A stretch of DNA of 64,000 nucleotides from Clostridia bacterium (GCA_900767835.1 CAAGAO010000029.1:163-64162), one strand, 5' to 3'. Counted from the first letter of the stretch, positions 8,182 to 18,482 are shown. Translations and numbers: made by a program. Notes: generated from the letters alone by a model not told the origin.

Positions 8182-11100
8182 TTAATTTACCATTAATTTA
8201 CTTGTTTGTTCAATGAATTTTGCTGGTATTTTATTTTTCAATCTCCAAACAAAAGATATAGGCCTTGAGCCTTCATGTGAAACATAATCTGCAAAACCTA
8301 AAATTGAATAGTTCTCTGTCAAGCCAGTTTCATCGTTTCTGTTATTTCTTACGCAAATAAGTATTTTGTTATCAGTTTCTCTATGATGAATATATCTTTG
8401 ACCAACTTTAGATGTAACATCTGTGCCATTTTGAGATTGCCAATGAAATAATTCATCATTAATAGAATAATCTTCATATCTCGTTTCTGGTGAATAATAC
8501 TTTTCTGATTTATTTAATGTAACAAAAAATATATCTGTCTTTTGATTTTCAATATACCAAACTCCGGCCGTTAATGGATAATATGTATCCTCCGTATATA
8601 TTCCATATCCAGCCAAAATTTGAGCATTAGAATAACTAGAATATAATTCTAATGGATTTTTACCATCTAACACTAATGGTGAATTTGTAATATCAATTTT
8701 TGAATAATTAAATTTTAATAATTCCAAAATTTCATCGTAATAGTCAGTGTTGATCAGACTATAAATACTTTCAAGCACATTGTTAAAACCAAGAGATTTT
8801 GGTGATTTTTGAGCTTCATAAGTATAATGAAGCATTAATAAACATCGTTTATCATACTCAGTAATATCTGCAAGAGATTTGTTTTTAATTTTAGGTAATA
8901 AATATAATAGTTTTTTTATCCATGCTGTTGAATTTATTTGGGTAGCTCTCGCTAAAAAGTTTATAATTTTGTCATTATCTTTCAAATCTTTATTTTGTAA
9001 GCTTGTAAAAGAAATGCCCATTTTATATAGTTTGGCAGGGTTTAAGTTGTAATAGTTGAAAAAATTCGCATAACTAACAGGCAATCCACTATCATTTTCA
9101 AAATTATCATATTTTTCAATAATATTGTTTTTATTGTTAAAAGATTGTCGTATGTTGTTAAGGACATAATCTTTTGCTTTCTTTTCTAACGTTATAAAAC
9201 AACCTTTAGGCAGGTTCGGAAACCCCATTTTAATTTCTGTTGAAATTGAACCAGCATTTACACCAAGCAAAGCTTGATATTTATCTGCATATCGATACTT
9301 CTTATTTGCTTGTCCAACATAATCCAAAACTGTTAAACAGTCTTTGCCATCTGATAGTCTCAGACCTCTACCAAGTTGTTGTAAAAATACAGTTAAACTA
9401 TCTGTTGGGCGTAAAAACAAAACGGTATTAACTTCCGGAATATCAATTCCTTCATTATACAAATCAACTACAAAAATAAATTTTATATCGCCATTAATCA
9501 ATTTATTTTTCGCTGTAGCTCTATCTTCTTCGGAACTATCAGAGTTCAGAGAGAGTGATGGAATATTGCAATCATTGAAAATTTTAGCCATATAATCAGC
9601 ATGATTCTTACTTACGCAAAAACCTAAAGCCTTTACATCATCAATATTGTTAAGATATTTATCTAAGGATTGAACAATCATGGAAGCCCTAGTTTTATTG
9701 AAAGATAAAACATTATCAAGTTCTTTTAAATCGTAGCCACCTCTAGTCCATTTAACATCACTTAAATCAGTATCATCTGAAATACCAAAATAAGAAAACG
9801 GAACAAGTAAATTTCTATCAATTGATTCTGGCAATCTAATTTCTGCTGAAATTTTTCCATTAAAATATTTTAATATATCTTTACCATCCATTCTTTCAGG
9901 GGTAGCTGTTAATCCTAAAAGAATTTTTGGGTTAAAATGCGATAATAATCTTTGATAAGTATCTGCAGCTGCATGATGAAATTCGTCAACAACAATATAA
10001 TCATAAAAATCTGAAGAAACACTTTCATACAGTTTTTTCGAATTAAAAGTTTGAATTGAAACAAATAAATTATCAAAACTAGGAGGAATTATTCCATCTA
10101 CCATCAAATTTCCAAAATTATGATCCTTTAATACTGATCTAAATTTTTTAATTGATTGTTCAAGTATTTCTTTTCTATGGGCAACAAACAAGAAGTTAAC
10201 TTTTTGATTTTTATGTTCTGCCAAGAAACGGTTAAAATCTAATGCTGAAATTATTGTTTTCCCGGTTCCAGTAGCTGCCACAACTAAATTTTTGTAATTT
10301 CCAAAATTTTCTCTTTCAACTTTTAATTTTTCTAAAACGCGTTCTTGATAAGGATGGGGAATAATGTCTACAACATAAGGATTGTTTTCATTTTTCCTTG
10401 GATATTTTTCTTCATTTAGTGCTTGTCTTAGCTTTAATTGGTCTTTTATTGTAAATGTTTCAAATTCATCATTGTGCCAATATACTTCAAATGTTCCACA
10501 TATTTTATCAAAAACATCTTTCATTTCATGTTCAGTAACTTTCACGTTCCATTCTGTGCCACTTGTTAAAGCCGCACTTGAAATATTTGAAGAACCCACA
10601 TATGCTGTTGAAAAACCAGTTTTTCTTTTAAAAACATAACTTTTTGCATGAAGCCTAGTAAATTTGGTGTTATACGAAATTTTTATTTCAGTATTATTTA
10701 GTTCTGCTAATTTTTCAATTGCTTTAGCATCAGTACTTCCGGTATAAGTAGTTGTAACTATTCTAAGTTTACCGTCATTGTCAGTAAATGTTTTCAAATC
10801 GTCAAACATTCTAACAATACCACTCCATTTTATAAAAGAAACAATAAAGTCTATTTCATCTGAACTTTCAATTTCTTTTTTCAACTCACTTAAAAACTGA
10901 GCATCTGTATTTGCCCCAGTAAAAATAAATGGTTCAGAGATTGAATAGTATGGGCGAGTTGGATATGTTGTTTTAACTGCTGCAATGTTGTTCTTTTTAT
11001 TAACCAATGAATACAATATTTCTCCATTGCTATTAATCTTTTGAGTGTCGTAAAATTTATCATTAGTTTTATCTTCAATCTGAGAGATCAAGTTATTACA

Positions 11101-11298
11101 AAATTCTAATTGTTCTTCTACCGAACAATTAGAATCCTTTAAATCTTTTAGTCCGCTTTCCAAAACAGAAGAAAAATATTTAGATAATATTTGGGGTGCT
11201 TTTTCTTTATCTATTTTGTTTTTTTCAACTTGTATTGATTCTTCATCAATACTGGATAATGCCTTATTAATAATTTGTTCATAAAGCCCAAATTCCAT
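8182..11298 (-). CDS. PLD-family nuclease / SF2 DExH helicase / DUF3427 fusion protein
   Basis: 1038 aa. PLD motif HAKSYVF...VGSSNIS. Helicase motifs AATGTGKT (I), VDEFHH (II), LTATPER (III), QQLGRGLR (VI). A long C-terminal domain has the architecture I recall for DUF3427 proteins. AAGGAG ribosome-binding site; the gene starts 40 nt after the hsdR stop. Confidence 0.8.
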   Translation of the reverse strand: MEFGLYEQIINKALSSIDEESIQVEKNKIDKEKAPQILSKYFSSVLESGLKDLKDSNCSVEEQLEFCNNLISQIEDKTNDKFYDTQKINSNGEILYSLVNKKNNIAAVKTTYPTRPYYSISEPFIFTGANTDAQFLSELKKEIESSDEIDFIVSFIKWSGIVRMFDDLKTFTDNDGKLRIVTTTYTGSTDAKAIEKLAELNNTEIKISYNTKFTRLHAKSYVFKRKTGFSTAYVGSSNISSAALTSGTEWNVKVTEHEMKDVFDKICGTFEVYWHNDEFETFTIKDQLKLRQALNEEKYPRKNENNPYVVDIIPHPYQERVLEKLKVERENFGNYKNLVVAATGTGKTIISALDFNRFLAEHKNQKVNFLFVAHRKEILEQSIKKFRSVLKDHNFGNLMVDGIIPPSFDNLFVSIQTFNSKKLYESVSSDFYDYIVVDEFHHAAADTYQRLLSHFNPKILLGLTATPERMDGKDILKYFNGKISAEIRLPESIDRNLLVPFSYFGISDDTDLSDVKWTRGGYDLKELDNVLSFNKTRASMIVQSLDKYLNNIDDVKALGFCVSKNHADYMAKIFNDCNIPSLSLNSDSSEEDRATAKNKLINGDIKFIFVVDLYNEGIDIPEVNTVLFLRPTDSLTVFLQQLGRGLRLSDGKDCLTVLDYVGQANKKYRYADKYQALLGVNAGSISTEIKMGFPNLPKGCFITLEKKAKDYVLNNIRQSFNNKNNIIEKYDNFENDSGLPVSYANFFNYYNLNPAKLYKMGISFTSLQNKDLKDNDKIINFLARATQINSTAWIKKLLYLLPKIKNKSLADITEYDKRCLLMLHYTYEAQKSPKSLGFNNVLESIYSLINTDYYDEILELLKFNYSKIDITNSPLVLDGKNPLELYSSYSNAQILAGYGIYTEDTYYPLTAGVWYIENQKTDIFFVTLNKSEKYYSPETRYEDYSINDELFHWQSQNGTDVTSKVGQRYIHHRETDNKILICVRNNRNDETGLTENYSILGFADYVSHEGSRPISFVWRLKNKIPAKFIEQTSKLMVN

Positions 11299-11338
11299 GT
11301 AAAAACTCCTTAACCGACTATATAATTTTTGTTATATT

Positions 11339-14320
11339 TTAATTATTTCTTAAATCTTTATATATTTCGCTCATAAAAATTCCCATAACTTCTTTTTTCA
11401 TATCTGGATTATTTAAAAGAAGAGAGAAGAAATCTTGATTTTGTGATAAGCCTTCTATTAAGGCATCATCAACATCGTCAAAATATGAAAATTCAAAATC
11501 TTTTTGTGTATTATTTTTTGCGCTTTCTTTTAATTTTGATGATTTCATAAGCAAATCTTTTATTTGAAGCATTGCCTTTATTGCGACATCATTATCATAA
11601 CTTCTACCTGTTCTATTATTTATTTCTGCAATTATTTCAGAAAGATGTTTAACTTTGTCTTCCGTCAAATTAAATGTCTCCGCTGTAGGCAATTTAACGA
11701 TAGGGTCAGATGTCAATGTTTCCTTTTTATGTTCATCTTCTTTCTTTTGTATAAAATTAGAAGCCTTAATTTTACCGGTCAAATCAAAACCCCCACCAGG
11801 ATTTTTTATATTAACAAAAGATAGTAAATAAGTTAAGAATAAGTATTTCTTATGCAGGTCAACATCTTCAAAACATGATACCTGAATAAGGAATTCATAA
11901 AATCTTACAAAATGCCTTATTACAGCCACTATTTCAATTTGCTTTAACAATTCAAACTGGTGCAATTTTTGCTCAGCTCTTTGCAAATAAAATGTAAGTT
12001 GTTTTTTATCGCGAACATCGATGTTTTTCTTGTAAATAATATTTGTAGCAACATCAATATCGTATGGATCTAATATCATATAACCATCTAGTTTTGCTTC
12101 TAGCTCATATACAGAACTTGCAGAAACTGAATTTGCAAGTAAGGTTGTAGTATAATAAGGACTAAAAGCATCAACAATTTCATCATAGGTGTTAACAAAA
12201 TCAAGAATAAACGTTTTCTTTTCAAAAGGCGGACAGATGCGGTTTAGCCTAGAAAATGTTTGAACTGCATTTACACCTCTCAATTTTTTAAGAACGTACA
12301 TTGCACATAGTTTTGGCTGATCAAAACCGGTTTGATATTTATTTGCAACAAGCAAAACATTAAATGCTTCGCTATCAAACATTTTTGGCAATTTTTCCTC
12401 AGAAAATCCATTCATATTACTTTCAGTGTATTCTCGTTCATCATCTGGCAGTTTTACTTTTCCAGAGAAAGCAACAAGTGCATGAATATTTGTATATCCT
12501 TTTTTTGTAACATAATCTTCAAATGCTTGTCTATATTTAACAGCACTTGCTCTTGAAGCAGTAACAACCATTGCTTTCGCCATTCCACCAAGTTCATTGA
12601 TTACTGTTGTTCTAAAGTGTTCAACAATAACTTCAACTCTTTGTGCGATATTTGTTTCATGAAGTTCTACAAATCTTGCTATTTGCCTTTTTGCATCTAC
12701 AGTTTTACATCTTGGATCTTCAGATATGTCTTTATTTATTTGATAATAAGTTTTGTATTCAGTAAAGTTTTCCAAAACATCCAAAATAAAGCCTTCTTCA
12801 ATTGCTTGTTTCATCGAATAAAGATGGAAGGCTTCTCTTTGTCCCTTTTTATTAACTCTACCAAACAAGTTTAATGTTGTAGGTTTTGGCGTGGCGGTAA
12901 AAGCAAACATAGAAACATTTGATTGTTTGCCATTTCTTGATATTTCATCAACAATCATATCTTCTGCATCATAAACACCATCATCGCTTACTGTAACATC
13001 ACCAGAGCCTAATGTTTTGGTAATTGCAGCCATATCTTTGCCTGCAGTAGATGAATGTGCCTCATCAATAATAACAGCAAAATGTTTTTTGTTAAGATTT
13101 TTAACCGAATCCACTATGTATGGAAACTTTTGAATTGTTGTTGCAATAATTTTTACATTATTTTCAAGTGCAGACTTTAAATCAGCTGATGAACATTTAT
13201 CATCCATTACTTTTATAACGCCAGACTTGTGTTCCATTCCTATAATTGCGGCTTGCAATTGCCTGTCAACAATAACACGATCCGTACAAATAATTATGTT
13301 GTCAAATATGATTTTGTTTTCATTGTCATGCAAAGATGTTAATCTGTGTGCAAGCCATGCTATTGAATTTGTTTTTCCAGAGCCAGCACTGTGTTGGATA
13401 AGATAATTTTGACTTGTTTTATTGGTTTGGAGGTCAGCTAAAGTTTTTCTAATTACATCTAATTGATGATATCTTGGGAATATCAAATTTTCTTTAACTT
13501 TTGTTTTTCCTGTCACTTCATCTGTTTCTTCTTTATGTTCAACAAAAATAAAATCATTAATAAGGCTAAGAATAGTATCTTTGGTTAAAATATCATCCCA
13601 CATATAATGTACGGAATATTTATCTTGAAAAACAGGATTTCCTTTGCCGGCGTTAATACCTTCGCCATTTCCCATATTGAAAGGCAAGAAGAATGTACTT
13701 TCTCCATTTAATTTAGTAGTCATATAAACTTCTTGCAAGTCCATAGCAAAATTAACAAGACATCCTGCCTTAAATAAGAATAATCTGTTTTTAGCATTCC
13801 TTTGAGTTCTATATTGATATATTGCATCTCCATATGATTGTCCTGAAAAATTACATTTCAATTCAAAAGACATTATAGCAAAACCATTTAAGAATATTAC
13901 AACATCAATTCTTTCTTCATCACTAATCCAAACTTCTTCCATTACAGAAAAGATATTTTTTTCGTACTTTTTAATGAGTTCTGTATTAAAACTTGTTGCT
14001 GGTTTTGTATACATTAAATCTAGGTGATAGTTTGATATTTCAACGCCATGCTTCAAAACATATATTAGCCCTTTTTTAGGATTGGTTATTTCTGCATTAA
14101 TATAATTTACAATGGTTTCTGCTGTAGCATCTTTGTAAATTTTTATTAAAGCAGCCATTTCATTAGGTTGAGTGGAGTTCAAAAATTCAAACAGCATTTC
14201 TTTATCCATTGCAAAAAGACGGTCATATTTAACATTTTCTCTAATTCTATAACCATTTTGTTTCTTTAAAATATCTAATATAAATTTTTGATATTCTTTT
14301 TCGGTTAAAATGTTATTCAT
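11339..14320 (-). CDS. hsdR: Type I restriction enzyme R subunit
   Basis: 993 aa. Motifs SAGSGKTNS (I), IIDEAHSS (II), FTATP (III), QTFSRLNR (VI). Lies in an operon with hsdM/hsdS. Confidence 0.9.
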   Translation of the reverse strand: MNNILTEKEYQKFILDILKKQNGYRIRENVKYDRLFAMDKEMLFEFLNSTQPNEMAALIKIYKDATAETIVNYINAEITNPKKGLIYVLKHGVEISNYHLDLMYTKPATSFNTELIKKYEKNIFSVMEEVWISDEERIDVVIFLNGFAIMSFELKCNFSGQSYGDAIYQYRTQRNAKNRLFLFKAGCLVNFAMDLQEVYMTTKLNGESTFFLPFNMGNGEGINAGKGNPVFQDKYSVHYMWDDILTKDTILSLINDFIFVEHKEETDEVTGKTKVKENLIFPRYHQLDVIRKTLADLQTNKTSQNYLIQHSAGSGKTNSIAWLAHRLTSLHDNENKIIFDNIIICTDRVIVDRQLQAAIIGMEHKSGVIKVMDDKCSSADLKSALENNVKIIATTIQKFPYIVDSVKNLNKKHFAVIIDEAHSSTAGKDMAAITKTLGSGDVTVSDDGVYDAEDMIVDEISRNGKQSNVSMFAFTATPKPTTLNLFGRVNKKGQREAFHLYSMKQAIEEGFILDVLENFTEYKTYYQINKDISEDPRCKTVDAKRQIARFVELHETNIAQRVEVIVEHFRTTVINELGGMAKAMVVTASRASAVKYRQAFEDYVTKKGYTNIHALVAFSGKVKLPDDEREYTESNMNGFSEEKLPKMFDSEAFNVLLVANKYQTGFDQPKLCAMYVLKKLRGVNAVQTFSRLNRICPPFEKKTFILDFVNTYDEIVDAFSPYYTTTLLANSVSASSVYELEAKLDGYMILDPYDIDVATNIIYKKNIDVRDKKQLTFYLQRAEQKLHQFELLKQIEIVAVIRHFVRFYEFLIQVSCFEDVDLHKKYLFLTYLLSFVNIKNPGGGFDLTGKIKASNFIQKKEDEHKKETLTSDPIVKLPTAETFNLTEDKVKHLSEIIAEINNRTGRSYDNDVAIKAMLQIKDLLMKSSKLKESAKNNTQKDFEFSYFDDVDDALIEGLSQNQDFFSLLLNNPDMKKEVMGIFMSEIYKDLRNN

Positions 14321-15203
14321 GTTTTTCTCCCTTAAAATATTCTAATTCTCTTGGCAACTCAATACGCGTATTTTCAAATTCTTCACATAAATTTTCCGAA
14401 TGCATATCAAACGCATAATAATTGTTTAACACATCGCGTCCAACAATAGTAATATTTTTCAAAATTTGAATTTCTTTATCATAATAGCTTATTTGCAACT
14501 GTATTTTACCATCTTTTTCCAAAACAACATTTTTTAATGAATAATATGTATTATGAATTATAATGTCTGTTACAAATATAATTGATTTGCTAATATTATG
14601 TAAATATAATACAAATGACTGACATTTAAAATCATCTTGTTTATTAATATCAATAAATTCAATTTTTACATTTTGATCTAATCTATAACTTTTTAAATAG
14701 TTTTTCAAATAAGGTTTTACTTTATTTTTTTCTTCCTCTTTTCTATCTTTATCAGATTTCCTTATAGTCCATGCAACGCCAACAAGGGTGAGTAGCCCAC
14801 CATAAACTGCTGAAACAATCGGTATAACTACTTGTTGCAAGCTTTCATTTGGGATAATGTATATTAAATAAATAGTTAAAGCAACTCCCACAATAAAATC
14901 TTGAATTAAACCAAATTTTAATTGTGAATCTCCATTTATAAAGGCTTTAGATAAATTATAGAATATGATAACCATTATCAACCCACTAAGGATAAATTTC
15001 CATGTTAGATTATTGATAATAAATGTCATATAAAAACAATCACAAAGCCAATAGAATAAACATAAAATGGCAAATCTTTGATTAACTATTTTATTTTGTT
15101 CTTCAGTTGGGTTAATTCTTTTTGCCACAAAATTTTTAATTGCATATAAGCCAACTGGCACCATTAAAATTATCAATCCAAATATTAACCATTGCCACCA
15201 CAT
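14313..15203 (-). CDS. Uncharacterised membrane protein (5 predicted TM helices + ~130-aa soluble C-terminal domain) embedded in the Type I R-M operon
   Basis: 296 aa. TAAGGAGG ribosome-binding site 8 nt upstream of the ATG. 8-nt overlap with the hsdR start. I recognise no family motif. Confidence 0.75.
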   Translation of the reverse strand: MWWQWLIFGLIILMVPVGLYAIKNFVAKRINPTEEQNKIVNQRFAILCLFYWLCDCFYMTFIINNLTWKFILSGLIMVIIFYNLSKAFINGDSQLKFGLIQDFIVGVALTIYLIYIIPNESLQQVVIPIVSAVYGGLLTLVGVAWTIRKSDKDRKEEEKNKVKPYLKNYLKSYRLDQNVKIEFIDINKQDDFKCQSFVLYLHNISKSIIFVTDIIIHNTYYSLKNVVLEKDGKIQLQISYYDKEIQILKNITIVGRDVLNNYYAFDMHSENLCEEFENTRIELPRELEYFKGEKHE

Positions 15204-15215
15204 AAAATTTCCTCC

Positions 15216-16366
15216 TTAAGCGTTTTTAACTTCTTTTTTCCCGGTAACATATTCATAGATTAAAGATTTTTTATACTCTTCAATTATCTCTACTTGTTCT
15301 TTTTTATTTTTGATAATCTCATCAATTCAGCACATTTATTGTCTAAATAATTTGCAATCTCTTTTTGCTCTTGGATTGGTGGTCTAGGTATTAATATATT
15401 TTTCATATCTTGCCAATTTGTTGTCCACAAATCATCAACAATTCCGTGTCCCCATTTATAAAACTCATCAGCAAATTTTACTGTGTGAAAAAGCCAATTA
15501 TAGTATCTTGCATTCATGTTTGTAAGGGGACATAAAACTGTATTAATTAAAGAAACTGATCCTTCTGTAAAAGCGATACCACACGAGCCACGCCTATCAG
15601 ATCTGCTATTGATAACAAAATCCCCTTTACAAACTAATCTCCTATCATCGTGTGCGTCTGATTTTGCTACGCATTCTAACTGCTGTACTACTCCCTGCAT
15701 TGTAACAGATAAAGGTGGATAATCACGGTCATTAACTTTTGAATTTCTTAATTTATATATTGCAGCAATTCTTGATACAACCCAATGTCTTGGAATTTTA
15801 CCAAACCATTGTCTTACGTTGCAATTATAATCAGCGGTTGAATTTAATCCTTTTGTTACAGCTTCAGTAATAACCGATTTCTTATAGTTTTCTAGTATAT
15901 CTATTTGTTCTTGCAAATCTTTTGTTATACCATCGATTTCCGCACATGTTTCATCTAAAAAATTTGCTATTGTCTTTTGTCTGTATAAATTGTTTGGAAG
16001 ATAAATTTTTCTATTTCCATATTCAGAAAAGTAAATGTGAGGTATAGTTGTTTTATCTATAGATTCATTTAAATTCAATGACATGATACAATACTTTAAC
16101 CAATGTATATCTATATTCTTTTTAGGTATAATATAGGACATTGTTCCAATCAATGAAGAATTTTTTGGATAAATTGTAATTCTTCCAACTCCAGCCCCAT
16201 CTTTAACGATTCCAAGATATTCTTTATTCATAGATTTAAATTTATAGAATCCTAATAAACCGCTTGCTCCAAATATTTTAAAATAATTGTCATTATCACT
16301 AATATATTCTGTTGATATATTTGAATTAAATGAATAACAAACATATTTTAATTTTGATTTTTTCAT
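15216..16366 (-). CDS. hsdS: Type I R-M specificity subunit, apparent 1-nt frameshift near the 3' end
   Basis: Two target-recognition domains. The central conserved helix is FLDETCAEIDGITKDLQEQIDILENYKKSVITEAVTKG. The ORF stops at 15290 (CAELMRLSKIKKNK*). The canonical C-terminal repeat IDEIIKNKKEQVEIIEEYKKSLIYEYVTGKKEVKNA* continues in another frame down to 15216. AGGTGG ribosome-binding site before the ATG at 16366. Confidence 0.8.
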
Positions 16367-16376
16367 TCTGTACCAC

Positions 16377-18482
16377 CTAAAACAACCCATTAATTTTCTC
16401 GCGAACTTGTTTTTCTAATTCTTGAAATTTAGCAAGCAATTCTTCACTTGGAGTTGGTTCTTTATATTCATAAAAATATCTTGTGAAAGGAATTTCTGCA
16501 CCAATTTTTATTGTCTTTTCACCGTTATCTTCATCCCAAGTTGCAGTTTCACTTTTGCCCTCAAAAAATGCTTTTGCATCTGGAATATGTGGTAAAACTT
16601 CGCGTGCCATATATGTATTGATATCTTCTTCAAATTCCACAATTTCTGTGTCTTTTGATTCTTTATCATAGATAATATTACCTTTTTTATCTTTATGAAT
16701 TTCAGCCTTTTTATCCATCTCGGATAAACCATCAATAACTTTATTTATTATTTTATTATCAAAATTCTTTAATACATTTGTTATAACCGGTTCAAAATCA
16801 GATAATTTATAATATATTTTCTCATTTAAATTAGCTTTAAGTGTTTCTAAAATTTTATCGTATATAGGTTTATTTTTATAAAACTCTTCTAGTTTTTTCT
16901 TTTCTTTATCTGTCAATGGCTCTAATTTGTTCTCAAATTCAAATACTTTTCCTTCGTCATAAATAAATGATAAAGAACCTTTTGTAAGCATTTGTTCAAT
17001 TCGCTCTTCAGTTATTGCATAACTTCTTTGTAGAGGTTGCATAACGGTATATTCTTTATATAAAAACTCTTCATTTTTATAAATCTTACAATATTTGTTT
17101 TCTACAAAATCTGCATATAGATGAGCAATCTTTTTTCTATCTTCTGGTTTTATTTCATTCTTTTTATTGCCAGCTGCTTTACGAAGTTTATGATATATTT
17201 CTGCCGCATTAATAAGTTGAATTTTACCTTTTCTTTCTGACCTTTTATTTTTTGATAAAATCCACACATAGGTTTGAATTCCGGTATTATAGAAAAGATC
17301 GGTAGGAAGGGCGATAATTGCTTCAATTAAATCGCTTTCAATCATCCATCTTCTAATTTGACTTTCTCCAGAAGCTGTGTTACCAGTGAAAAGTGGTGAA
17401 CCATTTGCTATAATAGCTGCACGTCCAAGTTTATCATCCATTTTGTTTATTGCGGACTGCATAAAAATAAGTTGAGAATCTCCACCACTAGGAAGGCCGT
17501 GTCCCCAGCGACCATTTTCACCTTTAAGAGCTTCATCACGAACGGCTTTTTCCTGACCTTCTTTTGCATCTTTTCCGGACCAAGTAGTACCAAATGGAGG
17601 ATTTTCTATTACAAAACGCATTTTTATATCTTTAAAACAATCTGTTTTAAATGTATCTACATGTTTAAAGTTTTCTGCATCTTGTCCTTTAATAAGCATT
17701 TCCGCAAGTCCAACGGCATATGATTGGCCCATAAACTCTTGACCAAACAACTTCACATCCGCTGTTGGGTTATAGTGTTTAATATAATTGTAAGCAGTAG
17801 ATAGCATGCCCCCAGTCCCACAAGCTTGGTCACAAACTGTAATAACTTTTCTATTGTCAAATATATCATCACAGCCTTCAGCCATAAGTATTTCTACAAG
17901 CATTTTAATAATATCTCTGCCTGTATAAAACTGTCCGGCATCAACATTTTGATAAAACTTACCAATAAGGTGTTCAAAAATGTATCCCATTTTTATGCTA
18001 TCGTATGTTTTGATACTTAAATCCAAATCAGAGAACGCTTCAACAACTGTATATAAACAGCCGTCCTTATCCATTTTGTCAATATGTTTATTTATCTCAA
18101 GTTCAGTAAAGATATCTTGAACGTTAGTAGAAAAACCATTTATGTAATTTTTAAAATTATCTGCAATATGATTAGGGTCATTACAAAGTTCTTTTAAACT
18201 ATATTCACTTGTATTATAGAATTGAAATCCCGATATTCTATACAACGCTTTGGCTGGAAATGATGGATTTTGTTTATATGCTTTTATAACTTTTCCTTTT
18301 GTAGATTCTAATGCGCATTCCAATCTTCTAAGAATTGTCATAGGAATAACAACATCTCCGTATTTATCTGGCATATATGATCCACGCAATTTATTTGCAA
18401 TAGACCAAATAAAGTTGGCTTCTTGTGTTACATCAATTGGATTCTCATCCCACATTGTATCTAAAATTTTATTATCTGTCAT
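16377..18482 (-). CDS. hsdM: Type I R-M N6-adenine DNA methyltransferase subunit
   Basis: 701 aa. HsdM N-terminal domain, AdoMet motif DQACGTGGML and catalytic motif NPPFG. AAGGAG ribosome-binding site. Confidence 0.9.
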   Translation of the reverse strand: MTDNKILDTMWDENPIDVTQEANFIWSIANKLRGSYMPDKYGDVVIPMTILRRLECALESTKGKVIKAYKQNPSFPAKALYRISGFQFYNTSEYSLKELCNDPNHIADNFKNYINGFSTNVQDIFTELEINKHIDKMDKDGCLYTVVEAFSDLDLSIKTYDSIKMGYIFEHLIGKFYQNVDAGQFYTGRDIIKMLVEILMAEGCDDIFDNRKVITVCDQACGTGGMLSTAYNYIKHYNPTADVKLFGQEFMGQSYAVGLAEMLIKGQDAENFKHVDTFKTDCFKDIKMRFVIENPPFGTTWSGKDAKEGQEKAVRDEALKGENGRWGHGLPSGGDSQLIFMQSAINKMDDKLGRAAIIANGSPLFTGNTASGESQIRRWMIESDLIEAIIALPTDLFYNTGIQTYVWILSKNKRSERKGKIQLINAAEIYHKLRKAAGNKKNEIKPEDRKKIAHLYADFVENKYCKIYKNEEFLYKEYTVMQPLQRSYAITEERIEQMLTKGSLSFIYDEGKVFEFENKLEPLTDKEKKKLEEFYKNKPIYDKILETLKANLNEKIYYKLSDFEPVITNVLKNFDNKIINKVIDGLSEMDKKAEIHKDKKGNIIYDKESKDTEIVEFEEDINTYMAREVLPHIPDAKAFFEGKSETATWDEDNGEKTIKIGAEIPFTRYFYEYKEPTPSEELLAKFQELEKQVREKINGLF

